Assembly: GCA_000934665.2 (NCBI GenBank)
Contig: KZ538434.1
Span: forward strand, 50,814 to 70,813
From: Catajapyx aquilonaris
Taxonomy: Eukaryota
Reading direction: 5' to 3'
Length of the DNA: 20,000 bases
Made by a program: the position numbers and the translations under genes. The notes under the pieces were generated by a model, which saw only the letters and a program-made list of their open reading frames with translations, was not told the origin of the DNA and searched no databases. This document shows, piece after piece, positions 11,025 through 20,000 of the stretch. Position 1 is the first letter of the stretch, and each line of letters starts with the position of its first letter.

Positions 11025-11230
11025 CACACACTGAGAATCCTACTTGAGGACATGCATGAAAGGGATCCTCCCCCACTCTCCACCAAACCCCTCCCAACCC
11101 TTTACTCCCACATCTGAAAGGAGTCAACGAGCAAGAAAAAAAAAAACATCTAGAAAAAAGTAGGATACAGATAACAACAAAAAATGTTGGCACGTGCGTC
11201 TTCCCGTCTTATCGCTAATCTGAGTCATTA
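11025..11230 (-). promoter_or_regulatory. Putative core/proximal promoter of the EGF-Sushi gene
   Basis: Arthropod initiator TCAGT on the - strand at 11034-11030, ~47 nt upstream of the ATG. E-box CACGTG at 11191-11196, GATA site at 11208-11213 and AP-1 TGAGTCA at 11221-11227. Motif evidence only. Confidence 0.4.
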
Positions 11231-12748
11231 CACCCGAGTTTATGTACCATTAGTTTTAATGATCATTCCAACATTCTTCAGTAACTGACCATTCACTTTA
11301 GTTTTCGTTACTTTCGCTTGAACTAATGATAGTTGAGGGCTACATAATCAGAACAGCGAAGGTTCAGGTGTCAATCTCTAACCTTTTGTAGAATAAGACA
11401 GTATTACAAAGTGTGTTAGAACATAAATTGACACACTTTTCTCCAATCAAAAAATAATAATAAGAAATTCACATTTCTTTACATTTCAACTATTAATTGG
11501 AGATTAAGAGATGTCCGAAAATGTATAAAATCCATAACCAGTTATAATAATAAAAAGCTGTTTCCTCCCTTCTCTTGGATTCTACAGCTAAACCATTTAG
11601 CAGTCTAATATTAGAAAATAAAATCATGCCTATACTTGGCACTACTTTCCAAGTCCAACTCTTCATCTCCAGCATGCCTCATCTCCTGCCAAGTTATTGG
11701 TGTAAAAAAATCATATCATGCAATAGTATTATAACCTGGTGTAGGCAGTGCAGGATGGTCCATTCGAGGTGAAAGAGGACCAAGAGGATAGAAAAGGTGT
11801 TCCAGAAATGCAGGCATAATGCTTGGGGTAGATGGCTAAATGCCATCTGCTCTGATTTTCAACAGAACATAATTAAATTGGGTTTGGCCATCAAGAATGA
11901 CTGATTCAGCAGTAGCGTCTGAGCACTGTCTTAATCCTTGCTCTGTTACATTCAAGCTGTCTATCAGCATTGGTATTTTAAAAATATGTACAAGTACACC
12001 AGGTCCCTTAAGCATGTCTTTGTCAACCATCAATCAACAAAAGCTTTTCTTAGCTCCCTTAGTGGTAACAAGACTCAATGTGCTTTTAAAAAAAGCGCCA
12101 CAAACAAGCTTGCAGTTGCATTGTTTAGAATAGTTGTCCCAGATCTGGGTGTGTCACAGGAAGGCAAAAAAAAGAACATAAAGAAACAGCAGCTTCCGGC
12201 AACCTATCTGTGAGGTCATCTCTTGGAAGCGTCTCAGGTGAACCCAGGCCAAGCAAAGGGAAGGCCCCAATATACAATCACAACAATGCAAAGCCAGACC
12301 ATTTACTCTGGCACAAATGAGTTCATGGCGGCATGTGTGCTCTTCCACTACTGAGTTTCCTTTTCTTGTCGGTTAAAATAAGAATTGAGAACATACATCA
12401 CATAATATGCCAGCATCTCTTTATTAATATCATGAGTATAATATAAACATGTGAATATATATGGCATGATCTTCTGAATGGAATGCATGGAATTTCAAAA
12501 GTAACTTTGCAGGATCCATATAATTGTAACCTTTTCTCCATGCTGACACATGTCCACACTGCTGAAATGAAATGTAAAAAAATAATTGTATCAATAATCA
12601 TATTCTTGGACAATTGATCAATACACTGACTCCTTTTTTCCCTCTGTACTTGCCCAAACACAGAATAATTAGCTCACCTTGAAAATGAGACCAGTTTAGA
12701 TATGGGAACAATGAAAAGGACTATAAATGCACACAAATAGGGTGCTAG

Positions 12749-13160
12749 ACTGAAGCAGTTTGGTGGAGTGGATAAGGTGTTCGACTGCTAATCGGGAGGT
12801 CCTGGGTTCGAGTCCCGGGGCCGGCAATCCCAACCATGGTTTTCTGTGGTTTCCCACGGTCCCCCCAGGAGAATTCCGGGATTGCCTCCTAAATAATAGG
12901 GCACAGCCGCTTCCTTCCTTTCCTATCCTTGTCCCGTCCATGTGGAGGTGCGGTGTTTGTGGGGGGTTTCTGACTCGCATCTAGGGGATCATCTTGGCGA
13001 ACGGGCCCCCTGAGGGACTGCACATGACCCCCAACTTGAGACATTGCACCAGTGTCCCCCCCCCCCCTCATTATCCCTATCCTGTCCCTTGCACTGATGG
13101 TGGTATTCCACTCCCCTGAGAGGGCCTAGGGCCCTAGCACGGGGTATTTAAAAAAAAAAC
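12749..13160 (+). mobile_element. tRNA-derived SINE A (composite)
   Basis: A box TGGTGGAGTGG at 12761-12771 and B box GGTTCGAGTCC at 12805-12815. Poly(A) tail at 13150-13159. 13-bp TSD AATAGGGTGCTAG at 12736-12748 and 13161-13173. Confidence 0.93.
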
Positions 13161-13380
13161 AATAGGGTGCTAGGAAGTTGCTGATGTACAGTACAGAGGC
13201 GGACCTAGCCCCTATGGTTACAGGGTAATGGCTTCTCTTACCTACACAGCATCCAAGTTAATTGTGGTTTAAAATGTGCAACAGGAGACAGATGAATCCT
13301 ATTTGCTCATGGTGCACTGTGTGAAATGAATTTGCTCAGGTTCCATGACTTTCTAGCTTTTTCCCTGGATGTTCTGCAAT

Positions 13381-13640
13381 ATGGTACGTACAAGCCCTCT
13401 CAGAAAGGACTTGCGAGAAGCCATACTTAGGGATCACAAATTGGGAGAGTCAGGTCGCGACATTGCAAGGGATTTGCAATTGCCACAAATTGCCGTCACT
13501 AATATCATTCAATGATATGTGAAGACAGAAACCTTGGCACCAAGAAGTTGCACTGGTCATCCTAGGATAACAATACCAAGGGATAACAGGACCTTGTGCA
13601 GGTTAGTCAAGCAAGACTGACGACAGGCTACCTCACAATA
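13381..13640 (+). pseudogene. Decayed Tc1-family transposase, N-terminal paired-like HTH
   Basis: Hand translation: MVRTSPLRKDLREAILRDHKLGESGRDIARDLQLPQIAVTNIIQ*YVKTETLAPRSCTGHPRITIPRDNRTLCRLVKQD*RQATSQ. It has an HTH motif (S.RDIAR.L.L....V..II) and a GRPR-like GHPR at 13555-13566. Stops at 13513 and 13618. Interrupted by a MITE at 13641. Confidence 0.85.
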
Positions 13641-13979
13641 CAGGGTGTTCCAAGTTCTTGGGTAATTTTAATTATTATACTAATATTGCCCAAAGTAGTT
13701 ATTTTTGTGTAACTAGTTGCACCTCGATCCAGGTGTCCCATTACTTCCAGGTGGTCGAATAAAGCATTATATAGAACAGAACCTGATTAGGAGCCCAAGC
13801 TACAAAAAGAATAGCTTCGAGCAAAATTTCCTACAACTAAAGTGCTAGGGTGGAATTTTCGCCCCACTGCCAGTTACTGCTAAGTTAGCAGTACCATTGC
13901 CAACACTGGTACTGCTAAGTTAGCAGTAACTATAGCAGTGGGACGAAAATTCCACCCCTAATATACTTGGAACACCCTG
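13641..13979. mobile_element. Tc1/mariner-type MITE (CAGGGTG ends)
   Basis: 15-bp TIR CAGGGTGTTCCAAGT / ACTTGGAACACCCTG. TA on the left and CA (mutated TA) on the right. Confidence 0.85.
13848..13957. mobile_element. PIF/Harbinger-like MITE nested in the CAGGGTG MITE
   Basis: TIR GGGTGGAATTTTCG(C/T)CCCACTGC and a 3-bp TSD CTA (13845-13847 and 13958-13960). Two internal TACTGCTAAGTTAGCAGTA palindromes. Confidence 0.88.
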
Positions 13980-14398
13980 CATATTTGATGTGCAGTGGAT
14001 GGACAGGTGGTGAAGTGGTTTGTGCCAGAGCCTTCCACCTCTGGATGTTTTCCAGGATCAATTTTGTTGTGTGACACAATAACTTTTATTGGAAGTTTTT
14101 CCCGACAATATTACTTGCCCTAATACCTACTTGCCATAATAATTGCCCTAATCACCCTAATTGCCAGAATAATTCAGACACCTTGAAACTGGGGCTGCTC
14201 GATTTTCAGAGAGGTGTCCACACTCAGAAAATTACATCCAGGGTGCCAGAGAGGTGCCCACCGAAAAGGGTGGGTCCTGGCCCTTAAGGGCACTAAATAT
14301 GGAACCTCTAAGTCCTAGGATAATTAACGTATTTTACACAAGGTATTTAAAATGCATCACAAGGTGCAGAATCATTTGTCCATAGAACTCGCTGTGTC

Positions 14399-14685
14399 AA
14401 AATAAATCGGACAGGTGATATGACCCCACTCTTCTAAACCCTGCAGAGGAGAAAGGAAAGTGGGGAAGGGAATGGGGATTAGTTGGGGAGGGGACACGGG
14501 TGCAAGTGCAATGTCTGATATTGGGCCATGTGCAGTCCCACAGGAGGTTAGGTTGCCAGACACCTCCAAGGCGCAGGTCAGAGACCCTCCTGACGCAGGC
14601 AAAAGGGAGCTCCCAGGTGGGGATCGAACCTGGGACCTTTCGCTCAACAAGTCAAGAAGTTACCATTTTGGCCACCGCACCTCCC
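14399..14685 (-). mobile_element. tRNA-derived SINE B
   Basis: On the - strand, A box TGGCCAAAATGG at 14674-14663 and B box GGTTCGATCCC at 14630-14620. Body shared with SINE A. The 3' boundary is approximate and no TSD was found. Confidence 0.82.
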
Positions 14686-14687
14686 TG

Positions 14688-14813
14688 GGGGTCGAATATA
14701 GCAAGTGATATAGAATGGAGCACATGGTTAGGGGCACAACAAACTACAAAAAAATAACTGCTATCGGGCAATATCAGTTATCCAAAAGTGACCCACGAAT
14801 CTGGAACACCCTG
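14688..14813. mobile_element. Right-hand half of a second CAGGGTG-family MITE
   Basis: Ends in CTGGAACACCCTG|TA and aligns with the right half of the 13641-13979 element (GGTCGAATA.AGCA...ATATAGAA...TTAGG.GC.CAA..CTACAAAAA). Confidence 0.7.
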
Positions 14814-14842
14814 TATATACAAGTGCTCCTACCTTGCTTGCC

Positions 14843-15222
14843 CTACACCTGCTGCTGCAATTGTTGAATTTTAGCCAGTAGCACCTCATTTTTCCTGCAC
14901 TCCTCAGTTAGCTCCTTGACAGAACGGAAGTAGATCCTTTGCTGATCCACCAGACCCAAATGGAGGTCACTCAGCCTGTCCCTCTTCAGTCTCTCCTCCT
15001 GCCTCCTCATTTCCACCTTGGCCCGGTTGGCCTTTACACCCTCCACTGCACTCTCAAACTGTTGCAAGAACTGTTCCCGCCCACCCTGGCTAGACATTGC
15101 ATTGGAGAAATTGTCCAGGACTGAATTCAGCAAGGACTGCTCCTTTCGAAGGTACATGCGGATATCATCTAGTGTGTTGTACAATGTGTAGAACTGCTTG
15201 GTCTCCTTGTGTTTTGCCGATA
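14843..15222 (-). CDS. CCDC93: CCDC93 last coding exon (CCC/Commander complex subunit)
   Basis: Acceptor tccag|TA. Reads VSAKHKETKQFYTLYNTLDDIRMYLRKEQSLLNSVLDNF...EECRKNEVLLAK...V*, matching the conserved CCDC93 C-terminus (HKETKQFFTLYNTLDD..YLEKEISLLNS) as I recall it. TAG at 14845-14843. Confidence 0.95.
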
Positions 15223-15299
15223 CTGGACAAGTAAGGAAAAGAACACATAAGCATTAATGACCAAGAAGCATGATGATAACTCGTCACTGTGTGCATTAA

Positions 15300-16218
15300 C
15301 CCTAATGAGACGGGCGGTTTTTTGGTGATTTTGCACAGCTCAGAAAACAAATCTCTGTTTCAAGTATTGGCGCTTCCACACACTGGAGAAGACATTTGTC
15401 AAGTCAGGAAATGTCTAAGCTAGATTCTAGCGACAACTCTTGGTGCGTAAGTCCCTAGGACACATGGCGATGTTTAAAAGGCACAGGGGGTGGCGCGAGT
15501 GGAGTTTCTTGCTACTGTAGAATTTATGGTTTTTTTTGGCTGATCCTTTCCAGACCAAGGCGGAGTAGGCTGGTGCGTCTCGCTAAGCCGAGCAGCTATT
15601 AACTTGCACGTGATATGTCACAAGCGTAGGTTGAGAGCTACTTAGGAATAAGGGCACCCAGAGCGCAAACTTGGCATCCCTCTGATCGGTCTAAACCCCG
15701 CCCAGATCCGCCTTGGGGAAGGCCGCCACTGCAAGCGGGGGCGGGCCTCGCCCTAATTGAGCACCATCCAACATTTATTTATTTTAAAAACCTATTAATA
15801 ATATTTAGCACTAATTTTTGGGTAGAATGTCTTGAGCAGGTTTGGGGGCAACTGTGTGTGCCAAAATCTGCTGGCCAAGGTAACAATTTTTTGGGAGGGA
15901 AGCAAGGGAAAGTGTTTTTTTCAGCGGCGGCAAAAAGATGATGTCATTCAAGTTAATCTGGTTTATTTATGCCAGATTTTGTTAAGTCCAAAATGGGCGA
16001 TTCATTTTGTGACCTCTGAGGTCAAAGGTTTCCAAGGTGCCAATCTCCCGGCGGGGAAGAGCAAGGCGGGCAGTACAATTCGGCCACAATTTTTAAGCGA
16101 GAGAAAATTTAAAAAGCCACACAAAAACCACGTTACATAGTGGGAAAACGCTCTGGTTTTGCCAGCAGATTTTTTTAAAGCCAGATTATCAGCATATGAT
16201 ATGCCCGTCTAATTAGGG
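15300..16218. mobile_element. piggyBac-type non-autonomous element in CCDC93 intron
   Basis: TTAA TSD at 15296-15299 and 16219-16222. 16-bp TIR CCCTAAT(G/T)AGACGGGC (15/16 match). No transposase ORF. Confidence 0.85.
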
Positions 16219-16375
16219 TTAAGGAGCTGAATATTCCACAAGTACAAGTTTTTGCTGGTCCCTGGAAGGCAGGAGTTACTGTAGAAAAGTTCCACTCTAT
16301 GTTAAATTTAGCTCTGATCAATTTCTGCTATTACAGTTTTTTTTAAACGTATAATGCAACACCTATTCATCTCAC

Positions 16376-16922
16376 CTTGTCCATAGAGTTCAATGAATCT
16401 CCGCTGGTATTGCGAAAGCTCTGCCCTTGTGGGAACTTCATCAATCTGCCTCTGAAGTGATGCAATGGCTCTGCTCTTCCCTGCAACATCTTGTCTAAGC
16501 ATCCTTAGCTGCACCTGTGCCTCCTGATGCCTCTGCCTCAAGCCCTTGGAATCCTCTCTCTCCTCTTCTTTACCATCCTCCCCACCTTCTGCACCCTCCA
16601 CCATCTGCTTGAGATGCGACAACTCCACTTTACATTGATCTCTGAACTCCAACTCCTGAGACTTGAGCCCCTCATTCAGGACTATCAGGCCCCTTAGGGT
16701 GTCTAGGTGCTTGGCAGAATCTGGTCCACTCTCCTGCAGATCTGATTCAAGAAGAGCCAAACCAGAGTCTAACTCAGACTCACGATCACGAAGTAAGGAA
16801 AGAGATGAAGATAGCTCTGAAACATGAGCCTCCAAAGATGTCTTGCGGGTAGTCAGCTCCTGCAGCTTGTCTTGAAGGAGGTCACACTGCTTCTGCAGGC
16901 CCGAGGTCAGGTCAGACCAATG
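16376..16922 (-). CDS. CCDC93: CCDC93 penultimate coding exon (coiled coil)
   Basis: Acceptor atgtag|CAT (phase 0) and donor G|GTGAGA (phase 1). Reads HWSDLTSGLQKQC...NEGLKSQELEFRDQCKVEL...IDEVPTRAELSQYQRRFIELYGQ, matching the CCDC93 motif EVPSRAELxQYQxRFIELY. No upstream exons found in the window. Confidence 0.93.
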
Positions 16923-17136
16923 CTACATGAGGAGAGTCATACCAACAAAATTACTACTATTAGGTATCATTAAGGAAGGACAATTCATATTTGCATTGTT
17001 GGAAGTGGATTTAGCAATCCCCTATCTAACGAGTCACACCCACACGAGTATTAGTATTGCCATATTGGGCATAACAAGCTGACTTTGCTTGGGCAGTAGG
17101 AGGATTTCCTCATATTGTCAGGCACAGTCCAGTATA

Positions 17137-17560
17137 CAGGGTGTATCTGAACTCAGTGCCCCGACGCATATGACTGCCTTCCTAGCCACCAGAGGATCGA
17201 TTTAAGTATAGGAGTCATTATGTTTGGCCGCCGCATTACGGAGATAATTGGCCGCAAACATGTAGTACAAAATATCCTGTCGGTTAGGCCACCCATCGAA
17301 CCCTCCCCCAGTCAGAAGGCTCTGGAAGGTCTGGGGGCGGGACTTTGTTGGTTTGTTGCCCACAGGTGGTAAGGCCTCTTTGGCTAGTTACACCAGAAAA
17401 TTCTATTTAAAAGTCAGAAGGAGCGATTAGGCAAAAATCGCTAAAGAGTGTATCTCAGTAATGAGGCTGCCCAGACATATGACTCCTATACTTAAATCGA
17501 TCCTCTGGTGGCTAGGAAGGCAGTCATATACGTCGGGGCACTGAGTTCAGATACACCCTG
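17137..17560. mobile_element. Young Tc1/mariner-type MITE with long TIRs
   Basis: TA TSD. TIR CAGGGTGTATCTGAACTCAG... is identical at 81 of 82 bp, then matches more loosely to about 110 bp. Confidence 0.93.
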
Positions 17561-17911
17561 TATAAACGTAACTTCTTGAGAGGACTATTCAGTCCCTGGG
17601 CGCAGGCTAGGTGACTCACGATTGGTATGTAGCTGCTCTATTAGAACCCATGAGGCCGGCATTTGGCCAGGCCTATGTCGAGATAACGTAGTTGTTAATA
17701 AATTGGCATTCTTGTATAATGACAGTAACTTTAGTAACACCAGTACCATTGTACTTGACAATAATTGATGAAAACCATTTGTAAATATAACCATATTAAA
17801 TTCATTGAAGACAGCCCGTCTAAACGATTATCAGAACCTGCATACTCCGTAAACCCGACTATGACTGTATCTAATCATTTTTTTAAAAAAAAGACCTTAA
17901 GATGTGTTCCC

Positions 17912-18036
17912 AAGCACATGAGAATCAGCAAACGAGTAAGAGTGAGAAGCCAATTCTCAAACCAATTTCTCTGTTGCTTTCTCACTCATGCTAAAAAGTC
18001 TCGAATTCGCTCCAAAACTCTCATTCTCATGAGCTT
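17912..18036. repeat. Degenerate palindromic MITE remnant
   Basis: AAGCACATGAGAAT (17912-17925) vs ATTCTCATGAGCTT (18023-18036), 13/14 inverted match, with internal GAGTGAGAA/TTCTCACTC symmetry. Confidence 0.45.
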
Positions 18037-18874
18037 CAGTCTGTGTCCACCAGCAAACTTTTCAGGTATGAATTGCCATTCACATCACCCTTGCAGCATA
18101 CTGTGGTTGAGTTTTATTTGTTCACCATTTTTCTGGAGGGGGAGAGCTGACATCATGAATGATGTAACAGGTGAGGATTCACACAAAAATGATCCAGGGG
18201 GAGAAGGAAGAGAAGAATGGAAATCCAACATGGCAGATGAAATCCCGACATAATGTGAATTTTGACCCTGCTGCCATACACTTCGTTTTAGAAGTTGTTG
18301 GCACCCACTGGTGGTCAGTTGTCAGTGGAGGTCAGGAGCCGGGCAGACAAGGTGGGTCTGGCTGCCAACATGGGAATCAATACTGCTCCATACATGTTCA
18401 AAGCTGTTTTTTAAAAATGGCATCAGATCTTGACTTCGTGTAAGGATGGTGCGCCATCACCATATGTGGTCCAGAATCTCCCCATGGATCACAGTGGGTG
18501 TGTTCCCCTCCTTAGTGAGTAATTTTATGCCTGAAAGGTGCTCCAATTTTGCAATCGACCATTCTTCATCTGCAGATTGCTAACTACAACATGCTCTTCT
18601 GCTGCTTTACCTCAACATAGACAAAATTTGGATCAATTTATTATTACAAATGTCGAACGCTGCACGTAAAATTTCAATGCTACATCACCGTTGCTTTATA
18701 CTTAGGTAGGCAACTTATTAAACTCCCCTCGTATCTCACCCCTTACAAATCTATCCAGAGAAAGAACCTACTAGAGGAGCATCAATCACTGAATACATTC
18801 AGTATCCATGTAATAGGTCCAGGGGTATTAGGGATGGAGGTTCTCTTGTACATACTATGTGCAATATAGTTTTA

Positions 18875-19573
18875 GGGGTATCACCCCATTTTGCCGGCTT
18901 GCATTTTGCCGCACCCCAAATTCCCACCAATGAATCATTCCCGTTTCTCAGTGCCCCATATCGCCACCTGCGAAACTGGTAGGCCTACAATGCAATGATT
19001 AGTGTGGGGTCATGAAGGGAAAAAGGCCTGTATCCACTGAAGATAGGGCTGTATCCTCAAGGAAGGAAGGTTAGGTTAGGTTATGTTGGTACAGTGTACC
19101 CCTACCACCGCCACATTCGGTCTTCCGATATGAAAGCGGCAAAATGGGGTGACGGCATGATAACACTTCGGCTAAATGGAGGCGAAGTGGCGCTGAGGTA
19201 ACGTATGCGCCCGCGGATGTTAAGGTCCCGGGTTCGATCCCAACCCGGGGTTCCCCCCTTCATCTCGCGCAGAGTAAGACCGTCTCTGGCTTCGTTTCGG
19301 GTGGCGATCCTTCCACATATGCCACCCGGGGGAGTTCACAAAACGGCACATCAACGTCTGTGCACACGCACTTTGCACATCCCCTCCTACCTACCCTTGG
19401 AACACACTAAATACTATCTTAGTATACCAGTTCCACCCAGATGGTGGTATTCCACCCCCCTAAAGGAAATGTAACTCCCAATGGGGTAATGCAAAAAATA
19501 AATAAATAAATAAATAAACACTTCGGCTAAATGGGAAACGGCAAAATGCAAGTAAGTGACATGGAGTGTATTC
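18875..19573. mobile_element. Non-autonomous DNA element with subterminal CATTTTGCCG repeats and internal (TTAGG)n, interrupted by SINE C
   Basis: The left end has CCATTTTGCCG / CTTGCATTTTGCCG repeats. The right end has inverted CGGCAAAATG copies (about 19137 and 19539). AGGTTAGGTTAGGTTA at about 19068-19083. Confidence 0.65.
19178..19516 (+). mobile_element. tRNA-derived SINE C
   Basis: A box TGGCGCTGAGG at 19188-19198 and B box GGTTCGATCCC at 19231-19241. (AAAT)n tail. TSD AACACTTCGGCTAAAT(GG) at 19162-19177 and 19517-19532. Confidence 0.93.
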
Positions 19574-19726
19574 AGTTTTAGGTAACCCAAGATTAATTAA
19601 GACATCCCCAATAGCTCTCTGATGAAACCCAGTGACTAATACCAATTGAGCAATTCCTCCGTAGGGATAAAAATAGGCAGTAAAACTGCCGAAAACTATT
19701 CTTCCTCTGGGTGAGATTAAGGCCCC

Positions 19727-19844
19727 TAGTCTGATGACCCCGGGTAAGCTATCCCGGGGGTAATCACCATGGCAGCATATGTAAAAGGATAGCAGTAAAC
19801 AACCAGTTACCCCAGGGGGCAAGCTACCCCGGGTCACCAGACTA
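19727..19844. mobile_element. Small MITE with TAG...CTA termini (Academ-like ends)
   Basis: TAGTCTGATGACCCCGGGTA vs reverse complement of the right end TAGTCTGGTGACCCGGGGTA. No TSD recognised, so the superfamily call is tentative. Confidence 0.6.
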
Positions 19845-20000
19845 TATACCTAAAAGTAAGAAACAAGTCCATAGGTGGGGGTTGGTTCGTGTCATAGGGA
19901 TGTGTGATAATCAAATTTAATTCAAAACATTCGTGCTTTGGGGCTGGGAAGAATTAGGCAGAGTAGGAGAGTCGGAGAAGTACATAAAAGCGATATCTGC

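Noticed and set aside
10927..11193. 88-aa - strand ORF as the gene start
   Set aside because: It is in the wrong frame and stops in the donor site. The ATG at 10985 gives a proper signal peptide in phase with exon 2.
12755..12827. tRNA gene (cloverleaf-like, apparent GCT anticodon)
   Set aside because: The acceptor stem is mispaired, there is no long variable arm as Ser would need, and it runs into a SINE body with poly(A) and TSD. It is a SINE head.
14105..14290. Short direct repeats (TTGCCCTAAT, CAGAGAGGTG.CCAC) as a CRISPR-like array
   Set aside because: Eukaryotic context, irregular spacing and only 2-4 degenerate units. Most likely transposon subterminal repeats.
17765..18253. 162-aa + strand ORF
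   Set aside because: It runs across MITE remnants and has no domain signature.
19619..19700. Penelope-type minimal hammerhead (CTGATGA ... GGCAGTAAAACTGCCGAAA)
   Set aside because: The CTGANGA box is ~50 nt away from the stem-GAAA rather than adjacent. At best it is a decayed remnant.
19731..19765. Hammerhead ribozyme (CTGATGA followed by a CCCCGGG/CCCGGGG stem)
   Set aside because: There is no GAAA after stem II, and the motif is part of a MITE terminal repeat.

Overview
Animal genomic DNA, probably from an arthropod (inference from ~60-nt U2 introns, a TCAGT initiator, TTAGG repeats inside a transposon and gene-body CpG depletion). It holds two spliced protein-coding genes, both on the - strand. 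(1) Positions 1-10985 carry the 5' part of a secreted fibrillin/fibulin-related matrix protein (Drosophila frac/CG7526-like architecture), reconstructed as 11 in-frame exons: signal peptide, acidic region, Sushi/CCP, 9 EGF/cbEGF modules, then the start of a second Sushi domain running off the window. One cbEGF module is split by an 86-aa Thr/Ser/Pro-rich insert. (2) Positions 14843-16922 carry the last two coding exons of CCDC93. Introns and intergenic DNA are packed with non-autonomous transposons: Tc1/mariner-, PIF/Harbinger-, piggyBac- and possibly Academ-like MITEs, a decayed Tc1 transposase with two nested MITEs, and three tRNA-derived SINEs that share head, body and tail modules in a mix-and-match pattern. 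I see no clear new biological system. The most interesting signals are the modular SINE trio, the split cbEGF domain and a sharp CpG contrast between the two genes.
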